A stretch of 64,000 nt of DNA from Epiperipatus broadwayi (Eukaryota > Animalia > Onychophora): positions 15,066,001 through 15,130,000 of the forward strand of contig JAQFVV010000010.1 of assembly GCA_028023455.1 (NCBI GenBank), given 5' to 3'. Each line of letters begins with the position of its first letter. The first letter of the stretch is position 1. Below, in pieces: positions 38,680 to 52,136 of this stretch. The position numbers were made by a program, and so were the translations under genes. Below the pieces are notes generated by a model. That model did no database searches. It was not told the origin of the DNA and saw only the letters and a list, made by a program, of their open reading frames with translations.

Positions 38680-39769
38680 AGTTTTATTCACCAAAGTTAT
38701 AGTTTAGTTTTGAATTCATGGAAGAAAAGTTTACTAAGATGTAAGTGAATACCTGTTTTATTGTTTTTTCATCCTTACAAGAAATTTTAAATCAGTTTTC
38801 ATTCAAGAATAATTGAAATTACCTACCGTTACGTTTATGCAAACAGCTGTCATTGGAAATAGGCAAAAGCTAGGTTAAGTAATTCTTAGAATCATTAGAG
38901 TAACATAAATCTTTGAAAAATAGTTTTAAATGAAACCAAATAATTTTAAAAAGAATAGATACTCTAGAAATCCTAATTTTATTGATAGAATAAAAAGAGA
39001 AAACATTTGGACATCAAATCTCATTGAAAATGTTGAAAATAAAAATGTTAACAAAATCGTTTTAAGACCTTATGGCTGAAAACTAGTCAGGAAAGACAGA
39101 AAACAGTCTAAGGAACATTATAGATACAAAAATTTATCATAAAACTAAGAAAAAAAGAAATCCCAGTGTTCATAGGAATTAAGTTATGATATCATTGGGT
39201 TGAACCAGAAGTTGCCGAATGTGGCAAATCAGTGCAGGTCGAATAAATTATTTTGTAATTTCATTTCGATCTCAATTTTAGAACTGAATGTTATAGATTA
39301 TGACATAAGCTATCTTCCTGCACAAAATCAAGTTTCTCTGATGATCACAACAGAAGTTATTAGCCCACTTCCGGTGCACAAAAAAATTAAAAAAATTTCA
39401 AATCAACACAGAATTACAAAGAAATGATGATTTAAAGGCAAAATTAGTACAAATGATATTTTAGACCTAAACAGAGACGTTGAAGCTACAAATGATTCAT
39501 CCTCTTAATTATTTCAAAGTTTAACAACAAACTTTCAGATTATACAACCACATCCTTGATTACAAATCAAGACCTAGAATTCAGACCAAAGAAGCAGAAT
39601 CCAATTAATATCAACAAATAAGAATCATAGTGAACCCTGAGGGACTTTATAGTTGGGTGTGATGAACAGATATTGTGAACATTTGCAGACACAGGAGGTT
39701 GATAATGATTACAGACTTTCAGCTCTATTGACCTCAGTGTGCAAGGTGATATGGACAAATGGTGTATAT

Positions 39770-40870
39770 TCATGGTGTGCAAGTAAATTGGCTTGATTCC
39801 AGACTACAATGATTCAACTGTTGCATTGGTGGGTATGGGTTTGCACTCCTATTCTTTTCCTCAGGTATGGTGGTGATGGTCATGAGGGGCTTGGTATATT
39901 TGTGAGGGCAGTTGGCAGTCATTGCCAAGCCCGAGGATACCTGCTGGGCACATGAATGTTGCTGCCCTCCATTGGACTTTGCCCTGAGAGGCTGCTGCAC
40001 TCCTCTGATAGATTGTTTATTAGGACAGTATTGGTTTGTGCTCATTATTTTGTTTCCTTAGTTAACTTTAAAATTAGAGCATTTGTAAGGTGGTTGGTCT
40101 GCTTTGGGCCGCCGCCAATTTTATAACTTTGATGGAGTTTTTGCTGCAATAATTTTGCTGGCACGGGTCTGCACTCCTCTTTTCTTCCTCAGGGTGGTGG
40201 CAGTCATTGGGGGCCCAGTTTATTGGTGCAGGCTGTTGACAATTATTGTCGCTACCTGGAAAACCTGCCAGGAGGGTACCTGGTCAAAGTCTCAGCACCA
40301 TTCCTGCTTTGGTCGGCTGCTGTGGTGCCTTGATAGGTTGGTTTTGGGAAGTGCAGATCTGTGCTCACAACTTGTTAGTTTTTCTTAGTTGGCTTTCCAA
40401 TTCTGGGTAGATAGAATGAACGTGGTCCCTGCATATTTGAACTGTTAATTGGGAGACAGAGGTATCTAGAATGGTCTTGACATGGCTTGGCTGCGGGTCA
40501 AGAGTTTATTGCTTAATGGACTTGAGTCTTGGATCTCGCAGCCTGTTGTGGTGGTTGGCACAATGCTGGACTTGTCCACCTATTCAGCTGAAGCATTTGA
40601 GTCTTCACTTTGGGTCCCAGGGGTGGGATATTTGGGTGATGGATAACTTCTCGGTGGCTGGGCCATGTAGATCCATGTTCAGATACACATTAATCAACAT
40701 TATAGCAACCCTTTTATGGATATAATTGTTATTAAGCATATGTACTTTATATAATCAATAATTGTTTTACCTTGTTACATTGAACACTTTGTAATTCTTA
40801 ACAGGTAAGTGTACCCAAAAATTTTTGTAATCTTTTTACTAATAAAGGTTACTTTTGAAAGTATATAAAT
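39770..40870. repeat. Unidentified GC-richer element with diverged ~330-bp internal tandem units; related fragment at 17165-17340
   Basis: tgcactcctattcttttcctcagg (39842) vs tgcactcctcttttcttcctcagg (40170). gtaaggtggttgg, gtggtccctgca and aataaaggtt(a/g)cttt are shared with the 17.2 kb fragment. Confidence 0.6.
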
Positions 40871-41009
40871 ATATATTTTAGTTCAAAAATAGGAACAATG
40901 CTATACTATAGTCTAATTATCCTCTGTAACAATATCATTGCTTGTTACTCCATTACTATCATTGTACTATCTTAATATGTTTAAAGTTACGTCATAAATT
41001 TCAATGAAT

Positions 41010-41480
41010 TCTATTATATACTGACAAATGTTTATCAGTCTCATTGGCTATCTTAATATATATCTGAGCACTTATTTCATATATGTGTAGAGATGATAAT
41101 CTGGACCAACAGATGATTGCTGGTTTAGCATGAAATATTATATGGGTGATTATTTATCTTTTCGATATATATGTGTTCAAGTGTATCAGAGATATGAGAT
41201 AGAGTGGTGAGTCTTTTGAAAAGTCTGTACTCATATACCCTATCTATTATATACTGACAAATGTTTATCAGTCTCAAATAATCACCCATATACATATTTC
41301 ATGCTAAACCAGCAATCATCTGTTGGTCCAGATTATCATCTCTACACATATATGAAATAAGTGCTCAGATATATATTAAGATAGCCAATTTTCATACTTC
41401 AATGGACAAGTTTCAATCTACTCCAACTCTTCAACCATTCATCCCATTGAAAATCTGATGATGGAATGCTCAATGTACAA
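41010..41480. repeat. Family B copy with a recent inverted duplication
   Basis: 34-bp perfect direct repeat (41010-41043, 41243-41276); 113/114-nt inverted arms (41043-41155, 41276-41389) differing by one indel. Confidence 0.9.
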
Positions 41481-43324
41481 GACATAATCTATTTAATACA
41501 TATACAAGAGATGGGCAGACATCTCTACTATGTAATAACTGAAATACAGGCTTATTATGTACCTGTATCAATATATGTAATGCATCACTTGAACTTTGGA
41601 AGAGTAAATCCTTTAGTTAGTATATAAGATTGTAATTTCAAAATGAATTTTATCAATTCTGCCCAATATTTCTACTATCAGTGGACTAACATATTGTACT
41701 GATTGCTCATAGCAAATTAATATAATAAATTAGAATGCCCTTTGCTAAACAAGAATAATGCAATAATGTTCAAGGCAAACTATTTCAAATTATAATAATT
41801 GATTTAAAATTGCAAATGAATTTTGCAGAAATTTAGTCCATCCCCCCAATGCTGGACCAAATTAGTTAGAAATTTTCTAGTGTTATTTTAATATAAACTT
41901 ATATTTAGCCTGTGGGAGAGTTTCTAAGTTACCTGCTGCTTTGTGGTGGCATGAGGGTTATAAGTAACTATGATTCAGCAAGAGTACTTTTGTACTAAGA
42001 ATGTGATCCATTTGGAGGTCTTTAAGAAAGCTAAAAGGATGCTGGACCACAAGCTAAATTTTAAATTTATTGAATCATAATTGCCCATGCATATATAATT
42101 TTATATTTAATTGATTGGGTTGCTAATATAATCTTTTATTATCCAGTAACTTGAAACATTATATAACTCTTAAGTGCATATATTAATTTGTTTTGAATTT
42201 AACCATTGCTCTAATAGTTATCATTTGATTTCAGTTCAACTTAATTGTAAGCTGTTATATTGCTTTATTTTGCATAACCAATAGTAACTAAGCTCAAATT
42301 TTTTGAGCTTTTATTATGAATAAATAACCTGTTAAAATTAAATATTGTTTGAGTTTCTATGTAACTACTGCTCTTAAAATTTTTACTTTCAATTTTTTTG
42401 TTACTTGAAAGTTTGTATTAATCTCTCATTTAGTTTACATAAAAGAATGTATTTCATTGAATAATTCATATTGACATTAGACCATTTTTACTTTGCAGTT
42501 ATTCTTTACTGCTATTTTCCTCATTACTGCTTGTATTTATTATTCTGTCTTTAGGAACAAATCTGTTAAAGATTTAATTCATGTTTTTAAATTCAACTGA
42601 CAATAATTCAATAACATTATACAGTAATGGCTACTTGTTCACTATAATAATATTACTCTTCACTTATATGCTCTTATTTTGAAAAGATGGAATCTAAGGA
42701 AGGTGATGAATGCCTAGTGTCATTGTGTTTTGTTCTTTTTTGTTTACAGCATTCATATTTTTAAAACTTTATAAAGTTATTATAAATTGTTTACTATTTA
42801 TCATAGCTAAGTAAGATTTACATTTTATGGGCTTCTGAAAAAAATAGCCTTCTTAAATCATGAAAATGTAACATATTCACATCTTCTGTTACAAACATAG
42901 ATTCCATATTAATTTTATCATTGTTTACTTTCTCAATATTATCCTTAAACATTATACTAAAATGTAGATATGTATCTAGTCACTGTTTAATAAACCCACA
43001 TCTATATATACTGAATATATGTGCATATATTTAAAATTATTCAAAAAAATTCATGTTCCATTGCAATGATTCATTTGGGAATATTTTTTAATACTATATC
43101 GCTTTGATTTCATCATAATTCTGCTAAGAACAACTTTTGTTATGACAATTCTTATAATTTATTGTTTTCTTTTAAATATATTTTATTTTACAATCATTAA
43201 ATCTTTTTCAGATTTTGTTTTATTAATATCTTTTAATTCAAAAAAATAATTGTGTAACATGGCACCTTTTGATGTCATTTCTGTTTTATTATTATTAACA
43301 TCCAAATTTCTCTCAGAATTCATA

Positions 43325-43890
43325 AATCGGGCAAAACTCTCCATACAGTAGTGCCAATCAATGGATGCCAGAAGGTTTGTGCATAAAATCCCTATCTAGT
43401 GCCTACTCATCCACTATCCCCAGACTAGTTTCTAGTTTGTGGCTTTCATCAGTGAAGAACATTGGCTCTGAGAGCACTGCACCTAGATCTTAGAATCTAA
43501 TGCAACCCACGAGTCTAAAATTGAAAACATAATATTTTCAATCCAAGCTCATTAGCTTATATAGTCATATAGGTCTGAACTCAGTTCAATAATCAGCCAT
43601 TTTGGTATCTTTGGTTCTTTAATAACCATAGCTACCACTATCCTATTAGGCAGGATTAGTATTAAATCATTAAATATCACATGATCACCATTTCTTATGC
43701 TTGCTCAAGCTGTTAAAACAGGCAAAACTCTCCACACAGTAGTGCCACTCAATGCAAGCCAGAGTAATCAAAAGCCTTCTGGCATCCATTGATTACTCTG
43801 GCTTGCACTAAGTGGCACTACTGTATAGAGTTTTGCCTGTTTTAACAGCTTCAGCAAGCATAAGAAATTGCAATCATGTGATGTTTGGTG
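43325..43890. repeat. Family A copy followed by a ~200-nt hairpin (43676-43883)
   Basis: Arms of about 95 nt around the loop 43772-43788. A further family A fragment lies at 44410-44512. Confidence 0.85.
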
Positions 43891-44935
43891 GTTTAAATTC
43901 ATAAATCCTTACAGTATTTTTATTCTGAAACTCACTATGTAATTAAAGTTTATCCATGGGAGTTATTTTTTACGAAGTTTAGGTTAATGTGATGTCAACA
44001 TTTTCTCCCCCAAAGTTTATTTTCATATGAAATTTAGAGGTATTTTGTGAAGGTTTGAATTATTTGATGAGTACTAATTTTAAAATTGATTATATTTGTG
44101 CGTTAACATTCATTTAAATGATTTTTTTCATGGACAAAATATGCAATTATAATTTATTTTTTGGAGGGTGGTATTCGTCCATGAATATTTTCTTCGAATC
44201 TCATCTGGCAGAGCCTGGTAAGTATGGGTGACTCTATACCATTTGATGTTAGAGACACTGATAATGAATTACAGATTGTATTTTCTAGAACTTTTTAAAA
44301 GTGTTTAGGAAAGATATTTTGCATTTATTCTTCAAGTATTGCTTCAAATCTAACTGTAATTATAGAAATTATTATTGTTCATTACAGTTAATAATACTAT
44401 TAAACATTACATGATTACCATTTCTTATGCTTGCTCAACCTTTTGGCATCCATTGATTACTCTGGCTTGCACCAAATGGCACTACTGTATGGATAGTTTT
44501 GCCTGTTTTAATAATACTATTACTCAGAGAAGTAAATTACTTCTTTTCCTTTCTACAGATCAGTATCCAAGATATTAGATACATATTGTGAAGAAGTTAT
44601 AAGCTTTCTCAAAGAACTCTTAATAGTTAATAATATTTATTGCTTGTTATTAATGTTATTTATTTATGATTATTATGTGTGTTTGAAGAGAAAGATATGG
44701 ATTGTTTATTTGCAGATCTATTTTACCTCTTATAGAAGTAAAAATATTTGATTTAGTACAAGGATTTCTAAATTGAATAAAATGCCAGAGATGTTTAAAT
44801 AAATAAAAATTTACTTGTTCTTTGAAATTGTTTAGAAAATATCAGTATGCAAACAAGATTTTATAATCACTAATTTTATAGTAAAGATAAAATTATTTTT
44901 TTCTTAAGTAACAATTTTTTTCTTTCTCTTTATAG

Positions 44936-45121
44936 TACCCGTTGGTGGAATTAAAGGTAAAACATGGGGACCAAGTACTGTTCATCAACGAGAACGTGGT
45001 CATTCTCGTTCACGCACATCTATAGATGGAAATAAGCGGTGGTCTAAAAGTGCACCGAACCTAGAAAAATCGTTACGGAGTTTAGGAGGCATTCCCAATA
45101 TAATAACTGTACCAGAATTAG
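44936..45121 (+). CDS. slpr: MLK exon (xPVGGIKGKTWGPSTVHQRERGHSRSRTSIDGNKRWSKSAPNLEKSLRSLGGIPNIITVPEL)
   Basis: Acceptor tctttctctttatag|TA, donor TTAG|gtaata; 186 nt open, phase 1-1. KTWG and WSKSAPNL motifs are typical of MLK C-terminal regions. Confidence 0.9.
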
Positions 45122-46199
45122 GTAATATTATTAATAAGTTATTCATATTTATAAATGTTAGTATTACAGAAATTGGACAACTAACAAAAATATTTGTTTT
45201 CGCATTACATTTTTGATTATTTTGGCACAAAAATAGAAATATAAAATGTGTAATATTTTATTCTTTTTTTTTAACTGATAGAAATTTAAGAGGTGATAGG
45301 TAATATCTTATAGAAAATTAGCATTTCTTTTATAAGTTTGTGAAAGAAAATGTCACATTTGTTTGGGTTTAAAGAGCATCAAATTAATACTACCAGATTA
45401 ATTGTAGCATCAATATCCAAAAGTGCTGAATTATTTAATGAGTAATGTTTGCAAAGGTATACTTCATAATACCTAATAGAGCCACCAAATCTAATTCACA
45501 TTAATTTGTATAAAATTTCATCAATACTCAGTCTCAAGTATGATTCGGACTACATTTAATAATAATGGAAAACAAAATCTGTTAGGAGTACCTGTGGTTA
45601 GAATTCAATGCTAATACGCATTATACAAAATTATAGTTTAAAAAAAACCTCAACCGACATAAATGAATCCATTATGAGCTTCAAAAGGAAAACATTTATG
45701 ACTGAACTGCCATTTCAAATCCATTATTTTCTGATTTGAATGTTATGTTATGTGATGCTGTGAACATTAAAAAATGATGAATGGAAGCATGTGTTATATG
45801 GACAAATCAACTAACTATTGGAAAAAAAATGTTAGACCATCTCCAAATGGTGTTAATCAAACAGAATAATTTCTCCCAAATATGGTATATGATTAATAGA
45901 ATAGTTGTGATTTGGACAGTTTTTGAATAAGACTATATAGAGAGGATACTTGGATGATTTAAAAAAGATGTGAAAAGATTGAAAGCTTTTGTACTGTGGA
46001 TTTGGAGAATAGAAAAAACAAGTTTGAAATATATGACTTACTATGTTGAAATAGAAGACAAATTGTGTTCAACATTAGATATATTTAAATGAAAGAGTAT
46101 TATGAAGGATAATACATAAATTTTTAAAAAATGAATAAATGCTGTACTTAAAACTTAATTTTAAATAACATATTAAGAAAAATATTGATAGATTTTAAA

Positions 46200-47990
46200 G
46201 ATGGTTCAAATTTGAATGAAATCAATAAGAAAATAACTGATACACTATTTAGAACTGCAATAAAGATAATGGGTTCAAAAAACCAGCAATTTACTAATAA
46301 ATTTTTTACCAAGACGAGACAATGTATAAAGAAAAAAAAGGAATATGAATATATGATCCGTTAAGAATTTAACATCTAGAATTTTGTAAAATGTACGAAA
46401 AAGAATTATAAGAAAATATAATTGAAAATTGGGCAAGGAAAGTTATGGAAGAGGATAAAAATCTCAGAATTGTTAAACATCATCTTAGAATTGGTAAAAA
46501 AAACTTATTTCTGCAATAAGAAGAAAAGATGGAACTATTACTACAAAGAGAAATAACAATTAAATGTGTGGAAGAGTTCTATAAAGAATTATATAACAAT
46601 AAAGAACAAGGAAAAGTATCTCTTGCAACTACTATATTTTCTGAATTGCCCAGGATTTTAAATTAAGAAATGAGACATGCAATTAAATTTGTGAAGGAAA
46701 AAGCTCCAGATAATGATGGAATTACCATTAGCATCATAAAAAAAGCAGGTTAGTAATAGAAAAATTATTGGCAAAGTTATATACCAGATGATTGGAAGAA
46801 TGCAGTAGTAATATTGATATTTTAAAAAGGTAATAAAGAAGATATTAAAAATTTCAGACCTATTAGTCCTTTATTAGTTCTATAGAAAAATTTTACTAAG
46901 ACAATTACAATTAGTATGCAGCAAATTTTGGATTTTAACCAATCAAAAGAGCAAGCAGGATTTAAAATTGGTTTTATCTCAGTGGATTACATCAAAGTAT
47001 TGAGAAAAGTTATAGAAAGGACCAATGAAATGAATTGCCATTATATTTTGGATTTGTAAATTCTGAAAAGGCATTTGATTCTGTAAGCCTTTCTTCAATG
47101 ATTAAAGCATTGGTTCATCAAGATATAGATTTAGGATATTGTCATATTCAGAAAAATACTCATCAAAATGCAACAGCAATGATTAAATTTCATAGTGATA
47201 CTAGAAAGATTAACATTGAGATGGATATATGAGTGTCTCCATGTCTCCAAAACGTTTTACAGTAGTTTTACATGAAATATTTTATAGAGTAAAATAAGAA
47301 CCTAAGGGGAATAAAAGTAAATGGAGAAATTACATAAGTCATCTAGATTTTAGCAGATGATGTGTTTGTTTTTGTAAATAATGCTTCAGAATTTCAGGAA
47401 ATGTTGCAGGAGTTATATCAGATAAAAGTAAAACTAAAGTAAAATAACATCCAATAGATTTTCTCAAAAAAAAAGAAATAAAGATTGATAGTGATGAATT
47501 AGAAGTTGGTAATTACAAATACTTTAGTCAGATGGAAGCATAATGAATGAAAATAATCATAGAATTAAACTTGTGGAATGCTTTTGGTAGAAATAAATTT
47601 AATATTGAAAGAAAGTATGCTTATGTATTGGAAAGGGAAGGTTTTTATATTTTAGCAGTTCTAACTTATGGATTTGAGATTTGGACTCTTAACAGAAGAG
47701 CAATACAGAGACTTCAAACTATTCAACTAGCCATGGAGAGAACAAAAAACATAATTGAGAGAATAAATATATTACTGAAATCATTAAAAGAATTAAGAGA
47801 TTGGACTGGAGCTGGGCTGAACATATTGCTAGAAGAAATGATAATAGATGAACAGTTAACTAAATTCCTAGAAAGAAACCACACATGAAATGAAATAAAT
47901 AAGTTTGTTCATCCTTACATGAAAAAAAGAGATTGGAGAAACTAGATTAAACTTGTAGAGGCTATCCTGAAGTGGATCGATAAGGGTTGA
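46200..47990 (+). mobile_element. Degraded RTE-clade LINE reverse transcriptase
   Basis: PDDWKNAVVILI.KGNKEDIKNFRPIS, EQAGF, LYFGFVNSEKAFDSVS, LADDV, VLTYGFEIWTL, QLAMER; multiple stops. Confidence 0.85.
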
Positions 47991-48198
47991 AAATGATGGA
48001 TAAAAATCAGAATAATGATCAAAGGGGATTGAAAGAAATAAAACATTCTTTCTAGCAAGATTCACTATTTTGGAATTAAAAATTAATAGAATTTAGTTAA
48101 ATATAACAAATCAAAATTAATAATACTTATTAAGTACTCTTTTGTTTCAAGAAAATGATAGGAACAGTAATTACATATGTGGTCAATAGCGTATAGAG

Positions 48199-48667
48199 CA
48201 GGGGTGGGCAAATAGCCGCCCTCTAAGAGTTTTTATGCGGCCTTCCAAGACAATCAGGAAAATCCATCTTGAACTGAGATTTCCTTCCTGTGCACGACCG
48301 AAGATTCATCTATTATTTTCCACTAGGATGGCCACATCAATACACATGCACAGTGTAGATACTATGTGCAGGGCTTTTCCAGTTGATCTACTTAATTTCA
48401 ATTTTGTCTTTGCATTAGCAAATATATACATTTCCAACTTTAGTGAAACCATGAACCCTCCGAAAAATCGGTGATGAATGTCATGTGTTTAATGAAGAAT
48501 GGACAAACAAATATTTCTTTGGTAATACAGGGAATAAAGCAGTGTGTTTATTGCATCATGAAAAAAGGATGTGGCCCTCCGCTAACCTTTGCTTTTACAA
48601 AGTGGCCCCCGATGCGGCCCTCCACCAATCTCTGTGGCCCTCAAGCCAAAACAATTGCCCACCCCTA
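48199..48667 (+). mobile_element. hAT (Buster/SPIN-like) MITE, copy 2; internal-deletion derivative keeping the transposase N-terminus
   Basis: TIR CAGGGGTGGGCAA / TTGCCCACCCCTA; perfect TSD GTATAGAG. ORF 48485 FNEEWTNKYFF...KAVCLLHHE resembles the SPIN/GTF2IRD2 N-terminus. Confidence 0.92.
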
Positions 48668-49478
48668 GTATAGAGAATAGTAATAAATAAACAGGTAAAT
48701 GCCTAGAACATTGATTAGTAATAGAATGTAATGTGTAATATTGCTATTTTATATTGATGCATGCAAACTTATTTCAATCATTTTGAATATTTTGTCAGCA
48801 AGTATGCAAATTTATCCAATTATTGATTTAGAAGCCAATCAGTTTGCTTGTTTGTTGACAGGATACCAAAAAAAAAAGTCGCTATAGCTTTAAGGATATT
48901 TAAATGTACTCTTCCAGAAATATTTGCATTAAAAGTAAATGACAATTTTAATGATGTAACACAAGATATTCAAACTTCAATTGTTTCTATAACCATATTC
49001 TTATATATATTCTTTCATCTATCTCATTTTAAATTACATTTTCTTATGTATATCACTCGCATTCTGAATCATTTCCCAAATTGTTTATTTTACGCATTAA
49101 TATTTTCTTTAGGAAAAATAATATATAAATTAGCAATAAATAGATCAATTTGAGAATCAAATATAAAAATAAAGAGAAAAAAAAATTTTGTAAGGTTTTC
49201 AACACACTGGGATTTAACAATAATCTGAAAACAGACAAAATAATTATTTTAAATAAGAAGAATCATTTATCTTTATCATAAGTTACTTTTCAGTTTTACT
49301 TTCAAAATTGAAGTTTATTCACACCCAAAAGGGATTTACAAAATATACATATCAAATACAAAATTTCAATCAGTTTTATTCAAGCTATGATATATAATTT
49401 TGTATAGAATTTTTATGCATTTTTAAAACATATGGAATTTGTTTATTTTTTCCATTTTAATGTAATAAAGTAAATTCA

Positions 49479-50150
49479 TTTTTTTTTTTTTTAATTAAGA
49501 AAAAATTTACAGTGTCAGGTAGCTATATTTTGCTGATTAGAATAGTTTTATGTAGAAGTTCAAAGCTTTGCAACCACTCTGTGTGGCATTGTCATCATAT
49601 TATTTAGTGCAGTAGTCCGAGATGTTGTCTCATCGTCAGATATGGTAATCTGAGCCCATGTGTCCACAAAGAGATGCTCTGGCACAAGGAGGCGATCTCT
49701 GTTCTTCATGTTTATTAGTATTTTTTTTAAAGTTCTCCAAGGATCACTATGTCCTTGTCTGAAGATATGCTGGCATCTGGTGATCCATAAAGCATGTAGT
49801 AGGCATGCCGCTAGCCTGATAGTTGCATACTTTCCTTCTTTCATTGCTCGATCAATTGACAGGACATTGCCACAGCCAGAGGAAATGCTTGCGATAATTT
49901 TGTTTCTAGTGTATCTCAAGTATGAGCAAGCATAGAAGATGTGCTCCAGCGTTTCTTCATGTATATTACAAAGTTTACACATGGGGCTTATTTGACGAAA
50001 TCCTCTTTGCATCACCAAAAAGTGACTGGTGGGCAAAGAGGACAAGTTAAACTTGATTATAAAATCAACCAACTTTGGTCCTATCCACCAGTATCTTGAC
50101 TTCCTGAGCATTTGTTTCACTGACAGTCTTAATCAGGTAGAACCCCATTT
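49479..50150 (-). mobile_element. 5'-truncated Tx1/L1-clade LINE 3' end
   Basis: Intact 186-codon ORF (49560-50120) with CCHC knuckle CKLCNIHEETLEHIFYAC and LWITRCQHIF; short 3' UTR; poly(A) read as the T tract near 49479-49492. Confidence 0.8.
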
Positions 50151-50494
50151 ATGTATTTTTTTTTTACTTCTCTCTGATAAAAAAAATGTTTTAAACAATT
50201 TTTTTATTATATATATATATATTTGGCAGTAGAGGTTAAGGAGTATACAATAAAAGATAACTCTAAAATAATTACATATTAATTTGCCTTATTTAACATG
50301 CTACTATAATAAATTATATATGCATAATATGAAAATCAGCATACAGTCATTATAGAAAAAATGTTTGATGCTAGTGTGAATCGTCCTTTCTTAATCAACT
50401 TCCTAGATATTCAAATTTAATAATTCTCATAAATATGCATTTTTCTATTTCCTAGTTAAATAATCATAAATAGGTACTAAATATGTTTAATCAC

Positions 50495-50855
50495 TTTATC
50501 CCTATCTAGTGCCTACTGATCCAATATCCCCAAACTAAAGCACAGCACATAGATCTTTGGATTTAACGTATCCCTCCAGTAGCCACTTTTTAGTTAATAT
50601 AAAGAGCCCAAAATAATAACCCAATAATGTTTTCAATCCAGACTAATTTGTTTGTATAAGTCATATAGATATCTATATATTTTAACTACACAAGTGAATT
50701 AGTTTGGCTGCTGAGGGGGGGGGGTCATTAGATCCAAATATCTAGAGGCATTGATCTCAAATCTAACCTCCTCATTTATGAAAGCCATAAACTAGAAACA
50801 AGTCTGGGGATATTCAACACGTAGGCACTATACAGGGATTTTGAAGCACAAATTT
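50495..50855. repeat. Family A inverted pair of partial copies
   Basis: tccctatctagtgcctactgatccaatatcccca versus tggggatattcaacacgtaggcactatacaggga. Confidence 0.75.
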
Positions 50856-52136
50856 AATTTCAATATGTGTATAGATATAAATGCATTATATTCCAATGTC
50901 CATGTTACTGAGTTTAAATTGGTATTATCAGATACATTTTTGACATATTAAATATTAATATTGTCTGAAAAATGCTTCAAATTTACCTCATGATAGCTTA
51001 AATAATAAAAGATCTAATTTTCCATTTCAATACTGAGAAAAAGAATGGGAAAGAAAAAAAAAAAACTCACAAATATAAAGACATTTATTACAGTTTTATT
51101 CAGAAGCCTTTAAAACTAAAATATATGTTTTTAGTGATATTTCAAATATCTTCACCACCACATAACTTTATTTTGTTTTGAATATACAGGTTGCTAATTT
51201 TTGAGCAAAAAAAGATTAAAACTTTCTAGTAAAACAATTTCTGGGAAAATAAATTTATATTTAATTATTAAATTTCATTCTGGTTTTATTCTAGTCATAT
51301 ATAAAAAATAAAAGTCCAACTTTGAATTTTTCATGTAGGACTTCTTTTTATTTTTATAGCATTGAAGTTAAAACATTAGTTGTTGTTTTTTTGTTTTTTT
51401 TGGAATATTGTAATTTCGTTCAATAGATTAAAAACATATACGAATGCTAGATCTTAAGACGAATTATAGGTAAAATTATAATTTCTGTAGATAATTTATT
51501 TGATAAAACAGTTTTCCAACGTTTATTTTTTCTCAATAGTTTTGGATAAAATAATTCGTCTTAACATTTTTTTTAAAAAAAAAACAAATTAAAAAGAAAA
51601 ATATTAGAGAAAATGAACATTTACAGTGTGGAAACATATACTGTGGAGACATATACCGCTGTCTACTTAATATTTGGAAATAGTCAAAAGCAGTGCAAAA
51701 TCATTTTTATATATGTATAATCTTATCGTTCTATAAATGGTAATGTTGGCTGAAAGGAACATTTTAATAATAATCTTTAAATAGTGTTACTACTTATAAA
51801 GTTTTCTACCTACTAAGCCCACAACCTGAAGTTCGAATCCAAGATAGTCTTATAGTTTTTCTTTCATGTAAACATTCATTATTGATTAATAAATGGTCTT
51901 CTGTTATTAATTAGAGAATAAATTTCTCAACCAAATTATCCAGATGGTCATCAGTGCACTGATTTAAAAAATATATAATATGATATAGCCTTCACCATTA
52001 TTGGAGGAGAAATCATATTCATACAAGAGTTGATCCCATGATTTATGAATATTTTTTTAAAATTTACTGATATAATTTCTACTAGTTATTTATATCATAA
52101 TTTTTCATTATATATGTTTGGTTGTGTTTTTTTCAG

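Noticed and set aside
52118-52136. ORF-track start MVVFFS
   Set aside because: Intronic pyrimidine tract; the exon begins after the AG at 52136.
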